NCBI GenBank assembly: GCA_012798955.1
Contig: JAAZMF010000131.1
Span: forward strand, 104 to 64,103
DNA: 64,000 nt
Origin: Bacillota bacterium
GTDB taxonomy: Bacteria; Bacillota; Limnochordia; DTU087
Reading direction: 5' to 3'
Shown here: positions 28,305-40,302 of the stretch, piece after piece
Layout of the letters: each line of letters begins with the position of its first letter
Position numbering within the stretch: position 1 is the stretch's first letter
Position numbers and translations under genes: made by a program
The notes under the pieces: model-generated
What the model saw: only the letters and a program-made list of their open reading frames with translations
Told to the model about the DNA's origin: nothing
Database searches by the model: none

Positions 28305-29345
28305 ATGGTTAATCTAGAAGTTCTAAGAAAAATAGCTCCGGAAATCGCTGAACTGGTGGAAAAGCGTTACACCATTCTGCGAAATATCTACTTTGTTCAA
28401 CCGGTGGGTCGTCGGGCTTTAGCTGCGAGGCTACGACTGCCAGAGCGAACAGTGCGGAACGAGGTTGAGCTTTTGAGGGAGCAGGGTTTGCTAGTTTCTA
28501 ATCCTGCCGGTATGGAAGTAACAGTTGCTGGTGAGCGTATTCTTGGCGAACTAAAGGAATATGTCAGGGAGTTAAGGGGCTTATCTGATCTTGAACGCCG
28601 TCTATCCCGGCTTTTAGGTCTACAGCAGATGATTATCGTGCCTGGGGATTCCGATGAAGATGAGACAGTGAAGAAAGAGATGGCTAAGGCCACGGCGCGA
28701 TACTTAAAAACCGTACTTCGAGATGGAGAAGTGTTGACAGTAACCGGGGGCACTACTCTAGCCGAAGTAGCTAGGAGTTTTCCAACCTCCGTTGAGAAGC
28801 GGGATGTAATGGTGGTACCTGCCCGTGGGGGCCTTGGTGAAGAGGTGGAGAAACAGGCCAACACCGTTGCCGCCAATATTGCCCAGCGGCTTGGTGGGGT
28901 GTATCGCCTCTTGCATGTTCCCGACGATGTAGGTGATGATGTAATCGCATCTTTGTGTAGCGATCCCAAGATTAGGGAGATGCTAGATCTGATCAAAGAG
29001 GCTGACATGGTTTTGCATGGAATTGGTTCCGCCAAGGAAATGGCAAAACGCCGAGGGCTAAGTGAAGATGATCTACAGCTCTTACGGGACAAGGAAGCTG
29101 TGGGAGAGGCTTTTGGGTATTATTTCAATATGCAGGGTGATATCGTATATTCCACTAGTAGCGTGGGGTTACGCATGGAGGATCTTACGAAAATCGATAA
29201 GGTTGTTGCCGTGGGGGGCGGACATAGTAAGGCTGAGGCCGCTTTGGCTGTTATGTCCAATCGTTATCAGCATGTTTGCATCACCGACGAAGGCGCCGCC
29301 CGGCTCATGCTGGCCCACCTAGAGGGGAGTGATGCCCGCCAGTAA
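28305..29345 (+). CDS. cggR: Central glycolytic genes regulator (SorC/DeoR family sugar-binding repressor)
   Basis: 346 aa. N-terminal wHTH and C-terminal SorC sugar-binding domain (VAVGGGHSKAEAALAV). Sits directly upstream of gap-pgk-tpiA-gpmI-eno, as in Bacillus. Confidence 0.85.
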   Translation: MVNLEVLRKIAPEIAELVEKRYTILRNIYFVQPVGRRALAARLRLPERTVRNEVELLREQGLLVSNPAGMEVTVAGERILGELKEYVRELRGLSDLERRLSRLLGLQQMIIVPGDSDEDETVKKEMAKATARYLKTVLRDGEVLTVTGGTTLAEVARSFPTSVEKRDVMVVPARGGLGEEVEKQANTVAANIAQRLGGVYRLLHVPDDVGDDVIASLCSDPKIREMLDLIKEADMVLHGIGSAKEMAKRRGLSEDDLQLLRDKEAVGEAFGYYFNMQGDIVYSTSSVGLRMEDLTKIDKVVAVGGGHSKAEAALAVMSNRYQHVCITDEGAARLMLAHLEGSDARQ

Positions 29346-29454
29346 GGGATTTTCGGACATCTAATGGGACGTTTTATGGTAGAATTTTGTGTCCCATTGA
29401 TATAGGAGCCCCTTTGGAGCTCCATCCCCATGGGTTACTGAAGTGTTTAGCTAG

Positions 29455-30480
<1,026 letters not shown>

Positions 30481-30576
30481 TAAGTAATAGGGGCTACCCC
30501 AACTAGCTTGTGACTAAGTTGGGGTGGCCTTCCACCGACAACTCCTAGGCAAAAGCCGTGGATTAGGGGGGTTTAT

Positions 30577-31758
30577 ATGAATAAGCTCACTGTTAAGGAT
30601 ATTGATGTTAAGGGTAAACGTGTTTTCGTGCGGGTGGATTTTAATGTCCCCATGGATGAAGCTGGTATCACAGATGATAAGCGGATTAGGGCCGCTTTAC
30701 CTACAATTGAGTATCTCGCGGGGCAAGGTGCTAAGGTGATTTTGGCATCCCATTTCGGTCGCCCCAAGGGTAAGCCCGTTGATAAATACCGGATGGATCC
30801 AGTGGCCCAGAGATTGGCTGAACTGCTTGATCAAGAGATTACTAAAGTGGATGATTGCATAGGGCAGGAACCTGAAAAGGCGATTGGCCAGATGGAAAAT
30901 GGTGATATCCTCCTGCTGGAAAATGTCCGCTTCTACCCTGGCGAAGAGGCCAATGACCCTGAATTTGCTAAGGCGTTAGCTTCTTTGGCAGACATTTATG
31001 TCAATGACGCCTTCGGAGCAGCCCATAGGGCCCACGCTTCTACAGCCGGTATCGCCCAGTATCTGCCAGCGGTAGCCGGTTTTCTACTGCAGAAGGAAAT
31101 CGAGATTATGGGTAAGGCTCTCAATAATCCGGAGCATCCTTTTGTCGCAATCTTAGGTGGTGCCAAAGTAGCTGACAAGATAGGTGTAATCAGTAACCTG
31201 CTTGAGAAGGTGGACACACTGATTATCGGGGGCGGTATGGCCTATACTTTCCTAAAGGCCCAAGGTCATGAGATCGGTGACTCACTACTGGATGGTGAGA
31301 GTCTCCAACTGGCTCTAGATCTCATGGAAAATGCCCGTCGACGTGGCGTTAAATTCCTCTTACCAGTAGATGTCGTGATTGCTGACGAATTTGCTGCCGA
31401 TGCCACCTATGAGACTGTAGATGCCACCCAGATGCGAGCAGGATGGATGGGGCTTGATATTGGTAGCCGCACAATCCAGCTATTTAGCGATGAAGTAAAG
31501 GGTGCAAAGACAGTAGTATGGAATGGTCCCATGGGTGTGTTTGAGATGCCCGCCTTTGCTAAGGGTACTACGGCCATTGCCCAAGTTATGGCTGATAGTA
31601 ACGCTATTACCATTATTGGTGGTGGTGACTCGGCTGCGGCTGTGGAACAGGCTGGTTTGGCCCAGCAGATGACCCATGTATCTACTGGCGGGGGAGCATC
31701 TTTAGAATTTCTCGAAGGCAAAGCATTGCCAGGAGTCGAAGCTTTACAGGATAGATAA
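30577..31758 (+). CDS. pgk: Phosphoglycerate kinase
   Basis: Motifs [15 protein letters not shown], and the GGGDSAAAV / [15 protein letters not shown]-terminus. Confidence 0.95.
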   Translation: MNKLTVKDIDVKGKRVFVRVDFNVPMDEAGITDDKRIRAALPTIEYLAGQGAKVILASHFGRPKGKPVDKYRMDPVAQRLAELLDQEITKVDDCIGQEPEKAIGQMENGDILLLENVRFYPGEEANDPEFAKALASLADIYVNDAFGAAHRAHASTAGIAQYLPAVAGFLLQKEIEIMGKALNNPEHPFVAILGGAKVADKIGVISNLLEKVDTLIIGGGMAYTFLKAQGHEIGDSLLDGESLQLALDLMENARRRGVKFLLPVDVVIADEFAADATYETVDATQMRAGWMGLDIGSRTIQLFSDEVKGAKTVVWNGPMGVFEMPAFAKGTTAIAQVMADSNAITIIGGGDSAAAVEQAGLAQQMTHVSTGGGASLEFLEGKALPGVEALQDR

Positions 31759-31775
31759 TTGCCGGAGGCGATAAT

Positions 31776-32531
31776 GTGAGAGTCCCGATCGTAGCAGGTA
31801 ACTGGAAAATGCACAAATTACCCGATGAAGCCGTTGCTTTGTGTCAGGCCCTGATCCCTCGCCTCGGTGAGTTTCATAATCGGGAAGTAGTAGTATGTCC
31901 GCCTTTCACGGCCTTGGCCTCAGTTGCTAAGGCCCTAGAAGGAACGGGCGTAGCTCTAGGTGCGCAAAACGTTTTTCATGAGCCAAGTGGTGCATATACT
32001 GGTGAGATTGCTCCACCGATGCTTAAAGCATTGGGTGTCAAATACGTGATCCTGGGCCATTCGGAGCGGCGTCAGTATTTTGGGGAAACCGATGAGTTAG
32101 TCAACAAGAAGATCAAGGCTGCCTTAGAGCATGGCCTTAAACCTATCGTATGCGTTGGTGAAACACTGGAGCAAAGGGAAGCAGGTATCACAGAGTCCTT
32201 TGTTAAGGGCCAAGTAGAAGCAGCTTTTAGTGGGATTTTGGCCGATGATGCCAAACAGCTAGTGGTAGCTTATGAGCCAATTTGGGCCATCGGCACTGGC
32301 AAAACCGCCACTTCCCAGCAGGCTAATCAGGTGATTGCAGTTATTCGCAAGGCCTTGGAAAGCCTATACGATGGGGCTACTGCCGCGGCCATTCGCATTC
32401 AGTATGGTGGCAGTGTTAAAGCGGATAACATGGCGGAGCTAATGCAGCAGCCTGAGATCGATGGGGCCTTAGTTGGAGGGGCGAGCTTAGATGCTGAATC
32501 ATTTGCCCGGATCGTAAGATATGATGATTAG
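31776..32531 (+). CDS. tpiA: Triose-phosphate isomerase
   Basis: Motifs AGNWKM, ILGHSERR, AYEPIWAIGTG, YGGSV. GTG start. Confidence 0.95.
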   Translation: MRVPIVAGNWKMHKLPDEAVALCQALIPRLGEFHNREVVVCPPFTALASVAKALEGTGVALGAQNVFHEPSGAYTGEIAPPMLKALGVKYVILGHSERRQYFGETDELVNKKIKAALEHGLKPIVCVGETLEQREAGITESFVKGQVEAAFSGILADDAKQLVVAYEPIWAIGTGKTATSQQANQVIAVIRKALESLYDGATAAAIRIQYGGSVKADNMAELMQQPEIDGALVGGASLDAESFARIVRYDD

Positions 32532-32564
32532 TGTGAATAAGTCCGGTGCAAAGGAGGATTTTGC

Positions 32565-35434
<2,870 letters not shown>

Positions 35435-35456
35435 TAGTATAGCAAAGTAATCTTTG

Positions 35457-35489
35457 GGGGGAAGGGGTTAATGGTTGTCACCTTCCCCC
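35457..35489 (+). terminator. Stem-loop after eno (probable operon terminator)
   Basis: GGGGGAAGG (35457-35465) pairs with CCTTCCCCC (35481-35489). Loop is 15 nt. The downstream T tract is weak. Confidence 0.45.
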
Positions 35490-35542
35490 TAGGTATGTTA
35501 AAATAGGGTGAATGCGTGGTAGCAGCGGAGGGGGTGGAACGA

Positions 35543-35761
35543 TTGGTGACGGCTCTTATGGTAATTCAACTCATCATATCCATAGGTCTCATCGTAGCAG
35601 TGGTTCTGCAGGAGAGTAAAGGGGAGGGACTGGGATCTATTGGTGGTAGTGCCCAGATGTTTTTCGGCAATATCAAAGGCATTGATCGCACACTAGAGCA
35701 GGTAACAAAATACCTCGCCGTTGCTTTTATGGTAATGTCCCTGATTTTGACCTTTATTTAA
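35543..35761 (+). CDS. secG: Preprotein translocase subunit SecG
   Basis: Small two-TM protein with the VLLQ-type motif (VAVVLQESKGEGLGSIGG). The start is probably TTG 35543 or GTG 35546, after GGAGGGGGTGG. The track start is 35516. Confidence 0.8.
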   Translation: MVTALMVIQLIISIGLIVAVVLQESKGEGLGSIGGSAQMFFGNIKGIDRTLEQVTKYLAVAFMVMSLILTFI

Positions 35762-35816
35762 GCCCATCTATGATGAAGTGGCATGTTTCGAAAGGTAGCG
35801 CAATCCTTTTAGATGA

Positions 35817-35848
35817 CCCCTGGGCTTGCCAGTGCCTGTGGGGTTTTT
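35817..35848 (+). terminator. Rho-independent terminator after secG
   Basis: CCCC..GGC / GCC..GGGG imperfect stem followed by TTTTT (35844-35848). Confidence 0.5.
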
Positions 35849-35876
35849 GCCATGTATGGTAAGAAATTGGCTGCAA

Positions 35877-35906
35877 TTGACAAGCCGTCAAAGCGGGGTC
35901 TATAAT
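35877..35906 (+). promoter_or_regulatory. Sigma-A-type promoter for secDF
   Basis: TTGACA(35877-35882)-18 nt-TATAAT(35901-35906), about 45 nt upstream of secD. Confidence 0.6.
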
Positions 35907-35950
35907 GATTTTGTGTGCTTGGCGGACCATAACGAAGGGGGAAACGGGGA

Positions 35951-37162
35951 ATGCGACGTACAGACACTATTCGCTTGCTGCTCCTCGTGGTTATCGTCTT
36001 AGTGGCAGGTGTAGTTTTATATCGAATACCTATGAATTTAGGTCTCGACCTGCGGGGCGGTGTCCATGTGGTGATGCAGGCACAGGAAGGGCCGGATGTT
36101 AAGCTTTCAGAAGAGACTATGCAAAGGGCAGTAAGCGTAATCGAGCGCCGAGTCAATGGCATGGGTGTGTCTGAGCCAGTTATTCAACGCCAGGGGGCGA
36201 AAAGGGTCATCATACAGCTGCCAGGTGTATATGATCAGCAGGCGGCAATTGATACTATAGGTAAAACAGCTCAGTTGGAGATAAGAAATCCGTTGGGTGA
36301 GACGGTCTTAACCGGGGCCGATCTAATCGATGCGCAACTGTCCCGAGATCAATTCGGTCGACCTTCAGTGGCTGTTGAATTTAGTAAAGAGGGTACCAAG
36401 AAGTTCGCCCAGCTGACCACTGTTTATCAGGGACAAGCCATCCCCCACGTGCTAGATGGGCAGGTTTTGGTTAATCCCGTTGTAGAGGGTCCCATCACTG
36501 GGGGCAAAGGTCAGATTACTGGCCGATTCACCATGGAGGAAGCCAAGAATTTGGCGGTGCTCCTAAAGGCCGGTTCTTTGCCGGTTCCCATGGAGGTCAT
36601 GGAGATTCGCAATGTAGGCCCGACCTTAGGACAGCAATCTATTGACCGTAGCTTGCGTGCGGGGATTGTAGGCATTATCTTGATTTTCCTTTATATGTTG
36701 GCCTACTATAAGCTACCAGGTCTCATGGCTAATATAGCATTGGTCATCTATGTGGTAATTGTTTTGGCGGCTATGACACTGCTTAGGGCCACATTAACCC
36801 TGCCGGGTATCGCCGGATTCATCCTATCCGTTGGTATGGCTGTTGATGCCAATGTCCTAATTTTTGAGAGAATGAAAGAGGAATACAGAGCCGGTAAGCA
36901 TATACGGGCGGCTATTGCTGCCGGGTTTGATCGGGCATTTCGGGCAATCTTTGATGCCAATATTACGACTTTGCTTACTGCGGTAGTGCTATTTTATTAT
37001 GGTAGTGGCCCTGTGAAAGGTTTTGCCGTGACATTGAGTTTGGGAATCTTGGCCAGTATGTTTACGGCCATTGTTGTCACTAGACTAATCCTTGGTCTCG
37101 CTGCGGATCGAAACCCCAGTGTTTTTGAGCGGTCTTTGGCAGTGAAGGGGGTGTCTCAATAA
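35951..37162 (+). CDS. secD: Protein translocase subunit SecD
   Basis: 403 aa. Has LGLDLRGGVH, a periplasmic domain and a C-terminal 6-TM bundle. Followed directly by secF. Confidence 0.9.
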   Translation: MRRTDTIRLLLLVVIVLVAGVVLYRIPMNLGLDLRGGVHVVMQAQEGPDVKLSEETMQRAVSVIERRVNGMGVSEPVIQRQGAKRVIIQLPGVYDQQAAIDTIGKTAQLEIRNPLGETVLTGADLIDAQLSRDQFGRPSVAVEFSKEGTKKFAQLTTVYQGQAIPHVLDGQVLVNPVVEGPITGGKGQITGRFTMEEAKNLAVLLKAGSLPVPMEVMEIRNVGPTLGQQSIDRSLRAGIVGIILIFLYMLAYYKLPGLMANIALVIYVVIVLAAMTLLRATLTLPGIAGFILSVGMAVDANVLIFERMKEEYRAGKHIRAAIAAGFDRAFRAIFDANITTLLTAVVLFYYGSGPVKGFAVTLSLGILASMFTAIVVTRLILGLAADRNPSVFERSLAVKGVSQ

Positions 37163-38052
37163 TGGATTTTGTTGGAAAACGCAAGATTTCCTTTGGGATT
37201 TCTTTGGTGTTAGTAGTATTGTCGTTGATACTTCTGGTTGTTCCAGGCCTTAATTGGGGTGTGGATTTCACAGGTGGTACACTTATAGAGCGGGGATTTG
37301 AGCGTTCAGTCACCGCAGGAGAAATCCGTCAAGTATTGAGCTCACTGCCACTAGATGATCTTGATTTGACGAAGAGTGTGATTCAGCCCACGGAAAATAA
37401 TCGCGCTGCCTTAATCCGGACCCAAGTCTTAACTAATGATCAGATCTTGGCTATAGATGAGGGCCTTGAGGCCCATTTTGGCCAAGTGCAGCCGTTGCGG
37501 ACAGAGATGGTGGGACCGGTGGTCGGTGAGGAACTAGTTAAGCAGGCCCTTATGGCACTTTTGCTAGCTGCCCTAGGTATGCTGATCTATCTCTCCTTCC
37601 GTTTTGAGTATAGATTTGCTAGTATAGCGGTGTTAGCAGTCCTGCATGATGCCATAATAGTATTGGGGATGTTTGCTCTTTTGGCTAAGGAGATCAATAG
37701 CCCCTTTATCGCCTCTATTTTGACTGTTGTGGGCTACTCGGTGAATAACACCATCGTTATCTTTGATAAGATACGGGAGAACCTGCAGTTTCGCAAGGGA
37801 GAATCCTGGGGTGAGCTGGCCAATAGAAGCATTCAGGAGACCTTAACCAGATCGATTAATACTAGCTTGACAACCCTGCTTGCAGTCTTAGCCTTGTTTT
37901 TCTTTGGAGGAGCGACTATCCAGGACTTTATCTTAGCTCTTCTGTTAGGGGTTGTGGTGGGTACGTATTCTTCAGTGTTTGTGGCAGGACCACTTTGGGC
38001 CGCCTGGAAAGAGTGGGATGATAGACGCAAAGTAGTCAGTGCTCGGGCTTAG
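37162..38052 (+). CDS. secF: Protein translocase subunit SecF
   Basis: 296 aa. Has NWGVDFTGGT and the SecD/SecF TM bundle. TAATG overlap with secD. Confidence 0.9.
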   Translation: MDFVGKRKISFGISLVLVVLSLILLVVPGLNWGVDFTGGTLIERGFERSVTAGEIRQVLSSLPLDDLDLTKSVIQPTENNRAALIRTQVLTNDQILAIDEGLEAHFGQVQPLRTEMVGPVVGEELVKQALMALLLAALGMLIYLSFRFEYRFASIAVLAVLHDAIIVLGMFALLAKEINSPFIASILTVVGYSVNNTIVIFDKIRENLQFRKGESWGELANRSIQETLTRSINTSLTTLLAVLALFFFGGATIQDFILALLLGVVVGTYSSVFVAGPLWAAWKEWDDRRKVVSARA

Positions 38053-38136
38053 CTATCCGGGCCAAGCTAGATACGAGAGCCCCGGCCCTTGGCTGGGGCT
38101 TTGTGCTATAGCTTCATAGGTGAACGGAGGGGCGCT

Positions 38137-39807
38137 GTGGTATTGCGAGGAGTCAATCGCCGTTACCAGCATCTTAAACGATACAGGCAAATAGCGGAGA
38201 CCTTGCTTAGGCACGGTTTCGGTTTCCTTCTGCAACAACTGGATCTATTGCATCTTTTGCCTTGGCGACGACGGTTCTTTAAATTGGAGCAAGTCGATGA
38301 TTCAGCTTTGGGGCGGCGTCTGCGTCTAGTCCTAGAAGAGCTTGGCCCCACCTTTGTCAAGTTAGGCCAAATGCTCAGTACTAGGGGAGATATGATTAGC
38401 CACGATGTCTTAGTTGAGTTGCAGAAGCTTCAGGATGAAGTACCTGGCGTCGAGTTCGCCGTGATCAAAGAACAGGTTGAGCAGGAACTGGGACGCACCC
38501 TTGATGAGGTCTTTGACAGTTTTGAGGAATATCCTATGGCGGCAGCCTCCATCGGGCAGGTGCATAGAGCTGTGATCAACGGAGAGGCTGTAGTAGTCAA
38601 GGTTAGGCGACCAGGGATTCAGAGGACTATTGAGACTGATCTAGAGATTCTCCAGGGATTTGCCCGTCTAGTCCAGGAGCGCTACAGTATTGAAGTGTTT
38701 GACCCGGTTGAGCTCATCGATGAATTTGCCCGGGAGTTGCGCCGAGAGTTAGATTACACCATTGAGGCCCGAAATGCTAGCCGGTTCCGGGACAATTTGC
38801 TCTACGATGAACATATTCATGTTCCCAGGGTCTATTGGCCTTATACCACCCCGCGGGTATTGACTATGGAGCTAGTAATAGGCACTAAAGTCAATCAAGT
38901 GGATGTACTGCAGGCGAAAGGTATCGATGTTGGGGCCATAGCCAAGTGGGGGGCCCAGTCTTTTATGGAGCAAGTAATGGTCCATGGGTATTTTCACGGT
39001 GATCCCCATCCAGGTAACATTTTGATTGAAGAGGACGGGACCATCGCTTTTATTGACTTTGGCATCATGGGACGCTTGGACAAGACCACCATGGGAGAGC
39101 TCGCAGATCTATTTATTAGCATCACGAGGCAAGATATCCCAAGTATCATCGAAAGTCTGCGGGCTATTGCCGTTTTTAGTAGCAGGGTGAACTTGATGGA
39201 ACTGGAAAGAGACCTCGATGATGTACTATTTCGCTACTATGGCAAGGCTTTAGTGGACTTAAGTATGAGCGCCGTCGTTGAGGATTTGCTCAGTGTTACC
39301 AGAAAGCACGGCATTGGCCTGCCTTCGGATTTCGCTCTTCTAGTCAAGTCGTTAATCCTAATTGAAGGGGTGGGGCGGAGCCTAGATGACACCTTCAATA
39401 TATTCGAGATAGCGGAGCCCTTTGCTCGGGATCTGTTAAGGGAGCGTTATCAACCCCACCGGATTGCTAAGAAGGCGCTGGAATCAGGTTGGAGCTATAG
39501 CCAGATGCTAATGCAATTGCCCTCTAAGCTAGATACTACTTTAGATCTAGTGAATCAAGACCGATTACAGGTCATATTTCGCCACAAGGGTCTTGAGGAG
39601 CTGATGGTTCGCTTAGATATTGCCAGTAATCGTCTTTCCTTTGCCTTGATTGTGGCTGCCCTTGTGATTGGTTCATCTTTTATGGTGCAAAGCAACAAAG
39701 GTCCCGCCTTGTTTGGCCTACCGGCCCTTGGGGTAGCTGGTTTCTTGGTGGCGGCATTTTTCGGTATTTGGCTGATTATCTCCATTGTGCGTTCAGGACG
39801 CATTTAG
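38137..39807 (+). CDS. ABC1/UbiB-family atypical protein kinase with C-terminal TM helices
   Basis: Has the ABC1 signature (LEELGPTFVKLGQMLSTRGD, AAASIGQVHRA, HGDPHPGN, DFG). GTG 38137 follows GGAGGGG. The track ORF starts at 38089. Confidence 0.8.
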   Translation: MVLRGVNRRYQHLKRYRQIAETLLRHGFGFLLQQLDLLHLLPWRRRFFKLEQVDDSALGRRLRLVLEELGPTFVKLGQMLSTRGDMISHDVLVELQKLQDEVPGVEFAVIKEQVEQELGRTLDEVFDSFEEYPMAAASIGQVHRAVINGEAVVVKVRRPGIQRTIETDLEILQGFARLVQERYSIEVFDPVELIDEFARELRRELDYTIEARNASRFRDNLLYDEHIHVPRVYWPYTTPRVLTMELVIGTKVNQVDVLQAKGIDVGAIAKWGAQSFMEQVMVHGYFHGDPHPGNILIEEDGTIAFIDFGIMGRLDKTTMGELADLFISITRQDIPSIIESLRAIAVFSSRVNLMELERDLDDVLFRYYGKALVDLSMSAVVEDLLSVTRKHGIGLPSDFALLVKSLILIEGVGRSLDDTFNIFEIAEPFARDLLRERYQPHRIAKKALESGWSYSQMLMQLPSKLDTTLDLVNQDRLQVIFRHKGLEELMVRLDIASNRLSFALIVAALVIGSSFMVQSNKGPALFGLPALGVAGFLVAAFFGIWLIISIVRSGRI

Positions 39808-39897
39808 GATGAATTGACTTTGCCTTAGACGTTGCATGTCCATGGGGGATATCCATGGTTTCCCAGGCATGAAAAGGAGACGAGGGGCCAAAAAGAG

Positions 39898-39947
39898 AAT
39901 TACTTGGTATGACTTGGAATTACTTGGTATGATCTGGTATGACTTGG
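39898..39947. repeat. Short intergenic tandem repeat
   Basis: AATTACTTGGTATGACTTGG (39898-39917) is followed by AATTACTTGGTATGATCTGGTATGACTTGG (39918-39947). The core TGGTATGA(C/T) occurs four times. Confidence 0.8.
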
Positions 39948-39975
39948 AAGGTTGTGGGAGAGGGCGGTGCTATAG

Positions 39976-40293
39976 GTGGTACTATATTTGGTCCTAGCAC
40001 TGGTTTTTGCAGTTTTTGTGGCGTTGTTTGCTGTGCAGAACGCCGGTCAGATCACAATTAGCTTCCTTACTTGGCACTGGGATACCTCGGTGGCTGTTGT
40101 GATTTTGGGGGCAGCCGCGTTTGGCGCTCTGTTTGGCGCGTTGATGGCTTCTGTACGGGAAGTGCAGTTCAAGCTGAAGATGCGGGGTCTGCAAACCGAG
40201 ATCAGACGCCTGGAGGCGCGGGTGGAAGAGGAGGAAGCGGAAAACACTAGGCTTGAGGCACTCGTTACTGAGAGAGGGGCAGAGGGTAACTAG
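39976..40293 (+). CDS. LapA/DUF1049-like small membrane protein with a C-terminal coiled coil
   Basis: 105 aa with two TM helices (FAVQNAGQITISFLTWHW pattern), followed by a charged helix (EIRRLEARVEEEEAEN). GTG start. Confidence 0.55.
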   Translation: MVLYLVLALVFAVFVALFAVQNAGQITISFLTWHWDTSVAVVILGAAAFGALFGALMASVREVQFKLKMRGLQTEIRRLEARVEEEEAENTRLEALVTERGAEGN

Positions 40294-40302
40294 GTAGAAC
40301 AT

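Noticed and set aside
28397-29092. 231-aa minus-strand ORF inside cggR.
   Set aside because: Same antisense-frame artefact (Ser/Arg/Pro-rich). The plus-strand product has clear SorC/CggR features and the expected operon context.
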